DNA of 64,000 bases from an uncultured Porphyromonadaceae bacterium (lineage in GTDB: Bacteria; Bacteroidota; Bacteroidia; Bacteroidales; Muribaculaceae), in the NCBI GenBank assembly GCA_900548875.1, contig URMA01000004.1, positions 6,488-70,487 of the forward strand. The letters are read 5' to 3'. The translations under genes and the position numbers were made by a program. A model generated the notes under the pieces. It had not been told where the DNA came from. It made no database searches and saw only the letters and a list, made by a program, of their open reading frames with translations. This document shows positions 9,523 through 18,317 of the stretch, one piece after another. Numbering within the stretch: the first letter of the stretch is position 1; every line of letters begins with the position of its first letter.

Positions 9523-11280
9523 ATGTATAGAACGAAAACTTGTGGAGAACTTCGTCTGGCAAATGCCGGTGAAGTTGTTACATTGGCAGGTTGGGTACAA
9601 CGTACGCGTAAAATGGGCGGTATGACTTTCGTCGACCTCCGCGACCGCTACGGCATTACTCAGCTCGTGTTCAACAACGAGGTAAACGCCGAGTTGTGTG
9701 AGGCTGCCAACCATCTCGGACGTGAATTTGTGATTCAGGTTACCGGTACGGTTTCCGAACGTTCGAGCAAAAACGCAAACATCCCGACGGGTGAAATCGA
9801 AATCATTGCAAGCGAGCTGAAAGTGCTCAACAAGAGCGACGTTCCGCCGTTTACAATTGAAGACAACACCGACGGCGGCGACGACTTGCGCATGAAATAC
9901 CGTTACCTCGACCTTCGCCGTACAGCAGTCCGCAAGAATCTCGAACTGCGCCACAAGATGACAATGGAAGTGCGCCGTTACCTCGACAGCAAGGGCTTCC
10001 TCGAAGTGGAAACTCCGATGCTCATCGGTTCTACTCCGGAAGGCGCACGCGACTTCGTTGTTCCGTCGCGCATGAACCCGGGACAGTTCTACGCTCTACC
10101 TCAATCACCGCAAACGCTGAAGCAGTTGCTGATGGTGTCGGGCTTCGACCGCTATTTCCAAATCGTGAAATGTTTCCGCGACGAAGACCTCCGCGCCGAC
10201 CGTCAGCCGGAATTTACGCAAATCGACTGCGAAATGAGCTTCGTGGAGCAGGAAGACATCATCGAAACATTTGAAGGCATGGCCAAACACCTGTTCAAGG
10301 AACTGCGCGGCGTTGAACTGACTGAACCGTTCATCCGCATGCCGTGGGCCGATGCCATGAAATATTACGGAAGCGACAAGCCAGACTTGCGTTTCGGCAT
10401 GAAGTTCGTCGAACTGATGGACATCATGAAAGGTCACGGCTTCTCCGTATTCGACAATGCCGCTTACATCGGCGGTATCTGTGCCGAAGGAGCAGCTACC
10501 TACACTCGCAAGCAGCTCGACCAGCTCACTGAATTCGTTAAACGTCCGCAAATCGGCGCTAAGGGTATGGTTTATGCCCGTGTAGAAGCTGACGGCAACG
10601 TGAAGTCGAGCGTCGACAAGTTCTATACACAGGAAGTGCTCCAGCAGATGAAGGAAGCCTTCGGTGCAAAACCGGGCGACCTTATCCTCATCCTCAGCGG
10701 CGACGATGCTATGAAGACCCGCAAACAGCTTTGCGAACTCCGTCTTGAAATGGGACGCCAGCTCGGACTCCGCGACAAGGACAAATTCGCTTGCCTTTGG
10801 GTGGTTGACTTCCCGATGTTCGAATGGAGCGAAGAAGAAGGCCGCTTGATGGCTATGCACCATCCGTTCACTCACCCGAAAGACGAAGATATTCCATTGC
10901 TCGACACTGACCCGGCAGCCGTACGCGCCGATGCCTACGACATGGTTATCAACGGTGTTGAAGTAGGTGGTGGTTCTATCCGTATCCACGACTCTGCTTT
11001 GCAGGCTAAGATGTTCGAAATCCTCGGCTTCACTCCGGAAAAGGCACAGGAACAATTCGGCTTCCTGATGAACGCCTTCAAGTTCGGTGCGCCTCCTCAC
11101 GGAGGTTTGGCTTACGGTCTCGACCGTTGGGTATCGCTGTTTGCCGGATTGGATTCTATCCGCGACTGCATCGCATTCCCGAAAAACAACAGCGGACGCG
11201 ATGTCATGCTCGACGCTCCTGCCGCACTCGACCAGAAACAGCTCGACGAGCTTAACCTCGTTATCGACATCAAGGAATAA
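9523..11280 (+). CDS. aspS: Aspartate--tRNA ligase
   Basis: The N-terminal OB-fold motif ([11 protein letters not shown]...[22 protein letters not shown]) and the class II aaRS motifs (..[16 protein letters not shown].., ..GGGSIRIHD..) are both present. Length is 585 aa. Confidence 0.95.
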   Translation: MYRTKTCGELRLANAGEVVTLAGWVQRTRKMGGMTFVDLRDRYGITQLVFNNEVNAELCEAANHLGREFVIQVTGTVSERSSKNANIPTGEIEIIASELKVLNKSDVPPFTIEDNTDGGDDLRMKYRYLDLRRTAVRKNLELRHKMTMEVRRYLDSKGFLEVETPMLIGSTPEGARDFVVPSRMNPGQFYALPQSPQTLKQLLMVSGFDRYFQIVKCFRDEDLRADRQPEFTQIDCEMSFVEQEDIIETFEGMAKHLFKELRGVELTEPFIRMPWADAMKYYGSDKPDLRFGMKFVELMDIMKGHGFSVFDNAAYIGGICAEGAATYTRKQLDQLTEFVKRPQIGAKGMVYARVEADGNVKSSVDKFYTQEVLQQMKEAFGAKPGDLILILSGDDAMKTRKQLCELRLEMGRQLGLRDKDKFACLWVVDFPMFEWSEEEGRLMAMHHPFTHPKDEDIPLLDTDPAAVRADAYDMVINGVEVGGGSIRIHDSALQAKMFEILGFTPEKAQEQFGFLMNAFKFGAPPHGGLAYGLDRWVSLFAGLDSIRDCIAFPKNNSGRDVMLDAPAALDQKQLDELNLVIDIKE

Positions 11281-11304
11281 CATTTCGTTCCTGTCAACAT
11301 ATCC

Positions 11305-11342
11305 CTGCGCCGCACTCCACCGAGTCGCGGCGCAGTTTTTTC
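11305..11342 (+). terminator. Rho-independent terminator after aspS
   Basis: A GC-rich hairpin (ctgcgccgc ... gcggcgcag) is followed by TTTTTT. Confidence 0.7.
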
Positions 11343-11349
11343 ATAGGGT

Positions 11350-11500
11350 TAGCGGTTAGGGGTTATAGGTTAGAGTATATTTTTCTGACAGAGAACAGAA
11401 GAACATAATTTCCCCTATTTGCCACGAAAATCCGCCGACAACACTAACCTATAACCTCTAAACCATAACCCAAGTATGTCTTTTTGTTCTTCTGTCTAAA
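11350..11500. repeat. MITE-like small repeat element with GACAGAAGAACA-type terminal inverted repeats (one copy of a dispersed family)
   Basis: Left end is ..ctgacagagaacagaagaacat.. and right end is ..gtctttttgttcttctgtctaaaag. There are internal inverted ggttataggttagag / ctaacctataacctc blocks. Related copies occur at 37.2-37.9 kb, 42.3-42.6 kb and 56.74-56.82 kb. Confidence 0.6.
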
Positions 11501-11544
11501 AGTTAAAAAGCCATCGACCGCATATCGCAAACAGAAAAACTGCA

Positions 11545-11665
11545 TTTTTCATTTGTCTTTTCTCTCAACTTGCACCATCTTTTCATAAGATAGGCGGCGT
11601 TTCGGAAATACAAAATTGAATAAATTCATTTTGTATTTCTCTCAACTTGCACTATCTTTGTACCC
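11545..11665 (+). promoter_or_regulatory. Tandemly duplicated promoter cassette upstream of the nif3-like gene (downstream copy -7 TATCTTTG at 11653-11660)
   Basis: There are two copies of ..tctctcaacttgcacYatcttt.. The upstream copy reads tcttttc (degenerate -7). The downstream copy is an exact TAnnTTTG 19 nt before the ATG. Confidence 0.5.
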
Positions 11666-11678
11666 GAAATTGTGATAA

Positions 11679-12773
11679 ATGAAAATTCGCTGTATTTTAG
11701 ACGCGATTGAGGAATTTGCCCCTCGCGCTTTGCAGGAAGACTACGACAACGCAGGACTGCAGGCAGGCGATTCGGCAAAGGACTGTACGGGAGTGCTCTT
11801 GACGCTTGACGTGACCGAAGGTTCGGTGGAAGAAGCCATAGAGCGCGACTGTAACCTTATCATATCTCATCATCCCCTACTTTTTAAAGGCGTAAAATGT
11901 ATTTCTCCCGCTACAGAAACGGGCAGAATCCTCATGAAAGCTATTCGGAACGGAGTGGCCATCTATGCGGCGCACACGAATTTGGACAATGCCTGGGGCG
12001 GCGTGTCGTTCCGCATGGCGGAAAAACTGGGCATGACCTCCGTACGGGTACTGCAACCGCAGGAAGGACGCCTTTCCAAAATTGTGACATTCGTACCCGA
12101 CTCTCACCGTCAGGCAGTGGAAGAGGCGCTGTTTGCCGCAGGAGCAGGCTGCATAGGCAACTACGACTCTTGCAGCTATACGCTTCAAGGCATGGGCTCT
12201 TTCCGTCCGCTGGACGGCGCAAACCCGTATGTGGGCGAGCGCGGAACGGTACACCACGAAGCGGAAACGCGCGTTGAAGTCATCATCCCGTCGTGGCTGA
12301 CTGCGAAAGCCGTCAGTGCCCTGCTGAAAGCCCACCCCTACGAGGAACCGGCCTACGATGTCATCCCTCTGGCAAACGCCGACCGCTACAGCGGCTCGGG
12401 AGCTGTAGGCGAAATTGAGCTGACCACCGTCGGGAAGCTGCTGGAACGGCTTCAAGCCGTGTTCGGCACAAAAGCGATCCGCTACTCTGGCGACAAGGAA
12501 AAGGCGGTGAGCCGCGTGGCTCTTTGCGGCGGAAGCGGTGCATTTCTCACCGGCGACGCTATTGCTGCCGGTGCCGACATCTACATCACAGGGGACCTTA
12601 AATATCACGACTTTACCACCTTTGCCGGACAGATTGCGCTTGCCGACATCGGACACTACGAAAGCGAACAGTGTGCGAAGGAGATTTTCGGCGGCATCCT
12701 GCGCGAACGCTTCCCGCAACTGCCTGTCGTGATGGCTGAAACAGACATAAATCCGATTAATTATCATATTTAA
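11679..12773 (+). CDS. Nif3-like dinuclear metal center protein (YqfO/GTP cyclohydrolase 1 type 2 homolog family)
   Basis: Both the N-terminus (..NAGLQAG..) and the C-terminal half match the NIF3 family. Length is 364 aa. Confidence 0.85.
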   Translation: MKIRCILDAIEEFAPRALQEDYDNAGLQAGDSAKDCTGVLLTLDVTEGSVEEAIERDCNLIISHHPLLFKGVKCISPATETGRILMKAIRNGVAIYAAHTNLDNAWGGVSFRMAEKLGMTSVRVLQPQEGRLSKIVTFVPDSHRQAVEEALFAAGAGCIGNYDSCSYTLQGMGSFRPLDGANPYVGERGTVHHEAETRVEVIIPSWLTAKAVSALLKAHPYEEPAYDVIPLANADRYSGSGAVGEIELTTVGKLLERLQAVFGTKAIRYSGDKEKAVSRVALCGGSGAFLTGDAIAAGADIYITGDLKYHDFTTFAGQIALADIGHYESEQCAKEIFGGILRERFPQLPVVMAETDINPINYHI

Positions 12774-12776
12774 GCT

Positions 12777-13547
12777 ATGGCAACAGAGAATACTAAAGAA
12801 AAGAAAGAATTGACTGTCGAAGAACGCCTTAAAGCCGTTTACGACCTCCAGACACTGTTATCGGAAATCGACCGCATCAAGACGCTCCGCGGCGAACTTC
12901 CTCTCGAAGTGAAGGACTTGGAGGACGAAATCGAGGGACTGAAAACCCGTATCGCCAAATTTAAGGAAGAGGCTGAAGAACTGCGCAAGAGCGTAAACCA
13001 AAAGAAAGTCGAAATCCAACAGGCTCAAGCTGAAATTGCAAAATATTCGGAACAACAGAACAACGTACGCAACAATAAGGAATTCGACTTCCTCGCCAAG
13101 GAAATCGGCTACAAGCAACTGGAAATCGAACTTTGCGAAAAGCGTATCCGCGAATATAGCGAACAGGCTGACCGCAAACTTCAGGATGTTGCCGATGCAG
13201 AAAGCAACCTCGACGACAAGGAACACATCCTTGAAGAGAAAAAATCGGAACTCGACGAAATCATCGCCGAAACAAAGCAGGACGAAGAAAAGCTCCGCAT
13301 CCGTGCCAAGGAACTGGAAGCCAACATCGAGCCGCGTCTTCTCAAAGCCTTCAAGCGCATCCGTAGCAACGCCCGCAACGGTCTGGGCATCGTAACTATC
13401 CAACGTGGTGCCTGCGGCGGCTGCTTCAACCGTATCCCGGCACAGCGCCAGATGGAAATCAAGATGCACAAGAAAATCATCGTTTGCGAATACTGCGGAC
13501 GTATCATGATTGACCCGGAACTCGCCGGCGAACCAGAAACAGTATAA
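12777..13547 (+). CDS. Coiled-coil protein with C-terminal C4 zinc ribbon (COG1579-like), the usual partner of Nif3
   Basis: The long Glu/Lys-rich coiled coil ends with CGGCFNRIPAQ...CEYCGRI (CxxC...CxxC). The start lies 4 nt after the nif3 stop. Confidence 0.75.
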   Translation: MATENTKEKKELTVEERLKAVYDLQTLLSEIDRIKTLRGELPLEVKDLEDEIEGLKTRIAKFKEEAEELRKSVNQKKVEIQQAQAEIAKYSEQQNNVRNNKEFDFLAKEIGYKQLEIELCEKRIREYSEQADRKLQDVADAESNLDDKEHILEEKKSELDEIIAETKQDEEKLRIRAKELEANIEPRLLKAFKRIRSNARNGLGIVTIQRGACGGCFNRIPAQRQMEIKMHKKIIVCEYCGRIMIDPELAGEPETV

Positions 13548-13566
13548 CGGAATTTTCAATCAACCC

Positions 13567-13618
13567 CATAAAACGCGTCAGCCTCCCGAACTCGGTTCAG
13601 GAGGCTGACGTTTTTTAT
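13567..13618. terminator. Bidirectional intrinsic terminator
   Basis: A perfect long palindrome (aaaacgcgtcagcctcc ... ggaggctgacgtttttt) is flanked by A-rich and T-rich tracts. Confidence 0.7.
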
Positions 13619-13689
13619 GGCCGGTAGGTGCTCAAAAACACGACAAAACACCAGAATCTACAATAATATTGCGAAAAAAGTAAACATCT

Positions 13690-14892
13690 ATGATTAGTGT
13701 GAAAGTAAAATTCCGTCCTTCAACCGTCGTGGGTAAGGAAGGCGTTATCTATTATCAGATTATCCAAAACCGTATCGTTCGCCAACTGACAACAAGCTAC
13801 CGAATCTTCCCCTGTGAATGGGACGGACCGAACGCACGGCTCATTATCGGCAACACGGCCCGAAGCAACCAGCTGCTTTCGCTGAAAAGCCACATTGATT
13901 GGGACCTCCGGCGAATCAATATGATTATCAGCCGGTTGACACAAGACAATCAGCCCTTCTCCGCCAACGACATCATTGCAGCGTTTCAAACCCGGACTGA
14001 CGAACTGTCGTTAGCCAATTTTATGGAAAGCATTATAGCCCAACTGAAACAGATGGGCAAATTGCGAACAGCCGAAACCTATACGGCAACCCTCCGCAGC
14101 TTCATGCGGTTTCGCAACGATGCCGATGTGCTGTTGGACGAAATAACACCCGAACTGATTGCAATGTACGAAGCCTATCTGCAAAACAACGGAGTGGTAA
14201 GAAACACCAGCTCATTTTATTTGCGCATTTTCCGTGCCGTCTACAACCGTGCTGTCGGGAAAGACCTCGTCCGGCAACGGAATCCATTTAAGAATGTCTA
14301 TACGGGAGTGGACAAAACCGTGAAACGGGCCCTTCCCCTCTCTGCCATCCGTCGGATAAAAAATCTCGACTTGACCCGGCTTCCGAAATTGGAATTTGCC
14401 CGTGACATGTTCCTATTCTCATTCTACACGCGAGGGATGTCGTTCATCGACATGGCTTTTCTAAAAAAGACCGATCTCCAGAACGGATATTTGAAATATC
14501 GCCGCCACAAAACCAAACAACAGCTCCTTATCCGTTGGGAAAAATGCATGCAAGAAATTCTCTCATTGCACCCAACCGACAAAGCAAGCCCCTATCTTCT
14601 CCCCATAGTGAAACAGCCCTACGACAATGCCAGGAAATGTTATCGGAATACAATGGCTTCCATCAATGTTCAGCTAAAAAAGATAGCTGAACTTACCAAC
14701 GTAGCCTTTCCATTAAGCCTCTATTGTGCCCGCCATTCATGGGCAAGCATAGCACACAGCAAAAACATACCAATTTCCATTATCAGCGAAGGTATGGGAC
14801 ACGACTCTGAAGCAACCACATTAATCTATTTAGCATCAATCGACAATACCACCATCGACAACGCCAACGCTAAAATATTGAAAGATTTATAA
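13690..14892 (+). CDS. Site-specific tyrosine recombinase/integrase (Bacteroides-type, with N-terminal arm-binding domain)
   Basis: The C-terminal catalytic region carries RHSWAS...H..E and a LIYL tyrosine. Length (400 aa) and the N-terminal region are typical of Bacteroidales integrases and invertases. It sits at the boundary of a low-GC island. Confidence 0.85.
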   Translation: MISVKVKFRPSTVVGKEGVIYYQIIQNRIVRQLTTSYRIFPCEWDGPNARLIIGNTARSNQLLSLKSHIDWDLRRINMIISRLTQDNQPFSANDIIAAFQTRTDELSLANFMESIIAQLKQMGKLRTAETYTATLRSFMRFRNDADVLLDEITPELIAMYEAYLQNNGVVRNTSSFYLRIFRAVYNRAVGKDLVRQRNPFKNVYTGVDKTVKRALPLSAIRRIKNLDLTRLPKLEFARDMFLFSFYTRGMSFIDMAFLKKTDLQNGYLKYRRHKTKQQLLIRWEKCMQEILSLHPTDKASPYLLPIVKQPYDNARKCYRNTMASINVQLKKIAELTNVAFPLSLYCARHSWASIAHSKNIPISIISEGMGHDSEATTLIYLASIDNTTIDNANAKILKDL

Positions 14893-14917
14893 AGAGTTTT
14901 GTTTAGAAAATTACAGC

Positions 14918-14934
14918 ATCTCTATTTAAGAGAC
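14918..14934. repeat. Inverted repeat IR-L (atctctatttaagagac) of a putative invertible DNA switch
   Basis: The 15 bp core tctctatttaagaga is the exact reverse complement of the core at 15090-15104. Confidence 0.55.
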
Positions 14935-14947
14935 GTATTAATTATCA

Positions 14948-14955
14948 CAAAATTA
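14948..14955 (-). promoter_or_regulatory. Consensus -7 promoter element TAATTTTG on the minus strand inside the IR-bracketed segment. It currently faces the recombinase, i.e. the OFF orientation relative to the island operon.
   Basis: The match to TAnnTTTG is exact. It lies 13 nt from IR-L. After inversion it would lie ~14 nt from IR-R, reading into the 15136 gene. Confidence 0.45.
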
Positions 14956-15088
14956 GAAAATTCTTTCATATAAAAAAAATTCAAATCAATTTTAAGTACA
15001 CAATAAATGTAAATTTTTGTTTTGTTTAGAAAATTTCGATAATATCATTTATATTCATCTGATTTAATGTAGGGAACAAACACACTAT

Positions 15089-15105
15089 ATCTCTTAAATA
15101 GAGAC
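15089..15105. repeat. Inverted repeat IR-R (atctcttaaatagagac) of the putative invertible switch
   Basis: It is the reverse complement of the IR-L core. It lies 31 nt upstream of the ATG at 15136. Confidence 0.55.
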
Positions 15106-15135
15106 AATAAAGTCTAATACATAAAAATTACTACT

Positions 15136-16212
15136 ATGTACAATGAGAAAATTGAAGCACTCATTAATGCAGCCTTAACAGATGGAGTATTAACAGAAAA
15201 AGAAAAACAAGTACTTTTCAAAAATGCAGAAGCCCAGGGTATAGATCGTGATGAATTCGAAATGGTCTTAGAAGCACGATTACACGAAATGAAAAAAGCT
15301 GCACAAAAAGAGACAACATCTCCAAAATCTAACAAATTTGGAGATGTCAAAAAATGTCCAGCTTGCGGTGCGCTTATACAATCATTTCAAACTAAGTGCA
15401 GTGAATGTGGACATGAATTTAGTAATATTGGTGCTGTCACTTCTGCCCAGAGATTATTTGATTTACTTCAAGCTGCAGAAATGCGAAAATCAGAGCAAAT
15501 TTCAGCGCATAATCAAGAAAAAGCCAGACGTCTTGAAGAATTATCGAAACGTCACAATAGCGATAGCTCTTTCACTAAAATTTTTGGAGGAAATTCACGA
15601 AAAGAAACTCAAGATGAAGAACGTGAAGATTTGATACGAGAACTCAACAACAATTTAGCCATCATTGAAAAAAGTGCAGAACAAGAGAAGTTAGCTATTA
15701 TCAAAAACTTCCCAGTACCGAATACAGGTGAAGACTTAATTGAATTGCTTGCCATGACAACAAGTAATGCATATGATAACGATGGAGTCATAGGATTAGA
15801 AGAAGAGGCATGGCTACAAAAAACAGATCAAATATATCAAAAAGTTATTGCCTGTTCAGCTAATGACAAACCATTGTTAAAAAAAGCAACTCACATGGTT
15901 ACCTCTCTTATGCGACGTTTGCCTAATCAAGCTAACTATAAACATTTCACAAAAATCCCGACTGAAATGAGGACAATATTAGAGGAGGAGTTAAAAGTTG
16001 AACGAAAACACAAACAAGAACAGAACAAACAACTGATTTTATCAGTTCTGAAAGTCTATGGCACCATTGCTTGCATTGCCTTGTTATTATGTATTATTTT
16101 CTCATATATAGAAGAGCCCAGTGTAGCAGTATTATTTTTTATTATTGCAATTATCACAGTTTTCTTGGGATACAAAGCTTTTAAAAAGAAGAAAAACGAC
16201 AATCTTTTCTAA
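15136..16212 (+). CDS. Membrane protein with an N-terminal TerB-like domain, a C4 zinc ribbon, an acidic coiled-coil region and a C-terminal 2-TM anchor (YdjG-like?)
   Basis: The N-terminal ~60 aa read ..LTDGVLTEKEKQVLFKNAEAQGIDRDEFEMVL.. and fit the TerB/DjlA-N pattern. Next comes KCPACG...CSECGH. The C-terminal ~60 aa form two hydrophobic helices followed by KKKK. GC is ~33%. Confidence 0.6.
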   Translation: MYNEKIEALINAALTDGVLTEKEKQVLFKNAEAQGIDRDEFEMVLEARLHEMKKAAQKETTSPKSNKFGDVKKCPACGALIQSFQTKCSECGHEFSNIGAVTSAQRLFDLLQAAEMRKSEQISAHNQEKARRLEELSKRHNSDSSFTKIFGGNSRKETQDEEREDLIRELNNNLAIIEKSAEQEKLAIIKNFPVPNTGEDLIELLAMTTSNAYDNDGVIGLEEEAWLQKTDQIYQKVIACSANDKPLLKKATHMVTSLMRRLPNQANYKHFTKIPTEMRTILEEELKVERKHKQEQNKQLILSVLKVYGTIACIALLLCIIFSYIEEPSVAVLFFIIAIITVFLGYKAFKKKKNDNLF

Positions 16213-16241
16213 TATTAAATACTAATCAAGAACTAATTACT

Positions 16242-17579
16242 ATGGGATTATTCAGCAACAGAAGTAAGTCTGGTGGGATTCTTAATGTAATACGCTGCGA
16301 CGAACAAGAATATTTAGTATGGAAATGGCGTCCAGAAGGACAAGAAGTAAATTCAACGACTCGAGAGAATTCAATCCGATACGGAAGTTCATTAAGAGTA
16401 AAAGACGGAGAATTAGCCGTTTTTGTCTACAAGCAGAAAGATGGTTCTATGCAAGACTTCATTTTGGGACCTTATGATGGAACTATTAAAACTGCAAATT
16501 TCCCCGTATTGTCAAACATTGTCGGATTGGCATTTGGAGGAGATTCTCCTTTCCAAGCTGAAATATATTTTATAAATCTAGCAGGTAATGTACAAATCAA
16601 GTTTGGAATTCCATACTTTGACGTATACGATCCGCGTTTTCTTGATTTTGGAGTACCTATGTCTGTACGAGGTACTATAACCTTTAATATTACTGATTAT
16701 AAAGGTTTCATCAAACTTAACCGATTAATAAATTTCGAACTTGAAGATTTCAAGAAACAGATAAAGGATGCCGTAACAAAATACGTCAAGCAGGTAGTAA
16801 GTAATTGTCCGTCAGACAATGGGATACCAGTACTGCAAATAGAGCGAAAAATACTTGAAATCAATGACATTGTTGCCGCTTATCTTAGCAAACGACTACA
16901 AGCTGATTTTGGAGTAAACATGAAAGGCCTTGATATAGCCAATATAGAAATTGACAAAGAATCTGATGGGTATAGAGCATTAATAGCAGTTACTGCAGAG
17001 CAAACTGCGAAAACAGTGTTTGCACAAACTGATGTCAACATACAAAATTTGCAAGATACTCAGCGTATCAATGCGAAAAACTCAGAAGAGACATTACGCA
17101 TCCAAAGAGAAGAAGCACAACGTGCCCAACGTTTACAGACAGAAACAAATTTCATGGGCGCACATGCCATAGACCAACAAACAGATGTCTTGAGAACTGC
17201 TGCTTCCAACCTTGGAGAAATGGGGAACTTAGGAAATGGAGGAATGAATCCAGCAGGCATGATGACCGGTATGATGATGGGAACTGCCATGGGAGGACAA
17301 ATGGCCAATATGATGAATCAGATGGGACATCAAGCCCAACAACAGTCCATGACACCACCTCCTCCGCCAACCTCAAATTATATGTTATATGTAAATGGAG
17401 CACAAAGTGGACCGTTTAATCTTGCCCAATTACAACAATTGGCGCAAACAGGTCAATTTACCCCACAAACATACGTTTGGAAACAAGGAATGGCAAATTG
17501 GTTACCAGCTGAACAAATTGCAGAATTGTCAGGAATATTTGTTCAACAAACCCCACCACCTCCTCCTGTTATGCCATAG
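16242..17579 (+). CDS. SPFH/Band-7 (Band_7_1-like) domain protein with a Gly/Met/Gln-rich linker, proline runs and a C-terminal GYF_2 (DUF4339) domain
   Basis: The N-terminal ~280 aa resemble the bacterial Band_7_1 SPFH family (YdjI-like). The C-terminus reads YMLYVNGAQSGPFNLAQLQQLAQTGQFTPQTYVWKQGMANWLPAEQIAEL, which matches the DUF4339 pattern. It is flanked by PPPPP runs. Confidence 0.6.
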   Translation: MGLFSNRSKSGGILNVIRCDEQEYLVWKWRPEGQEVNSTTRENSIRYGSSLRVKDGELAVFVYKQKDGSMQDFILGPYDGTIKTANFPVLSNIVGLAFGGDSPFQAEIYFINLAGNVQIKFGIPYFDVYDPRFLDFGVPMSVRGTITFNITDYKGFIKLNRLINFELEDFKKQIKDAVTKYVKQVVSNCPSDNGIPVLQIERKILEINDIVAAYLSKRLQADFGVNMKGLDIANIEIDKESDGYRALIAVTAEQTAKTVFAQTDVNIQNLQDTQRINAKNSEETLRIQREEAQRAQRLQTETNFMGAHAIDQQTDVLRTAASNLGEMGNLGNGGMNPAGMMTGMMMGTAMGGQMANMMNQMGHQAQQQSMTPPPPPTSNYMLYVNGAQSGPFNLAQLQQLAQTGQFTPQTYVWKQGMANWLPAEQIAELSGIFVQQTPPPPPVMP

Positions 17580-17628
17580 ATATACATAATTAATAAGTAA
17601 ATATATAAACAATTCATATAATTTTAAT

Positions 17629-17973
17629 ATGGACGATAACAGCTTTTCTTCCATCGATCGACTTATGGAGTTTGGTATGAGCATGGGCATTGCACAACAA
17701 ATGATAAACACCATGAATCAATCTTTAAATTCGATGTATGTTCCCAACGCAGGTCAAAAAATAAGTCCAACAAAAAATGGATACTATATCATCATTGACA
17801 ATCGTCAATTAGGTCCACTTAATGAGGATGAAATTTCCATTTTAGCAAAAAATGGCCGCTTGTCAGAAAATGATTTTGTGTGGAAGGAAGGAATGACTGG
17901 TTGGCGATTGGCAAAAGAAATTCCAGAAATATACAAATATATAATTTTATACTACAAACCATATGAAGATTGA
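17629..17973 (+). CDS. Small protein with a C-terminal GYF_2 (DUF4339) domain
   Basis: The motif ..GYYIIIDNRQLGPLNEDEISILAKNGRLSENDFVWKEGMTGWRLAKEIPEI.. matches the tail of the preceding protein. Confidence 0.55.
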   Translation: MDDNSFSSIDRLMEFGMSMGIAQQMINTMNQSLNSMYVPNAGQKISPTKNGYYIIIDNRQLGPLNEDEISILAKNGRLSENDFVWKEGMTGWRLAKEIPEIYKYIILYYKPYED

Positions 17974-18313
17974 CTTTATAAACACGATTATAAGTTGCTG
18001 TTTAACTGCTCTTTTGACATATATATGCTATTCAATATGTAAGTATACTGAATTCCAAACACTGCTTATCATCGGCTCTTCTATAATTTTTATCCTATTG
18101 TCTATACCATCAATAGCTATAAAAATTCCCAATTATTCCAGGACTTCTATTTTACTTAAAATCACATCTGTAATATTTTGGAGTATAGCTATCATTACAA
18201 ACATTATTTTTGCACTTAGCAATTTTAGCAATTCTTCATATATTATTACAAACGGAATAATACTAATATTGTTTATTTTAACATATTCATCTATATATCG
18301 AACTAAACAATAA
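17963..18313 (+). CDS. Small integral membrane protein (3 predicted TM helices), last gene of the island operon
   Basis: It overlaps the preceding gene by 11 nt. The protein is strongly hydrophobic and has low GC. No family was recognised. Confidence 0.45.
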   Translation: MKIDFINTIISCCLTALLTYICYSICKYTEFQTLLIIGSSIIFILLSIPSIAIKIPNYSRTSILLKITSVIFWSIAIITNIIFALSNFSNSSYIITNGIILILFILTYSSIYRTKQ

Positions 18314-18317
18314 CACT

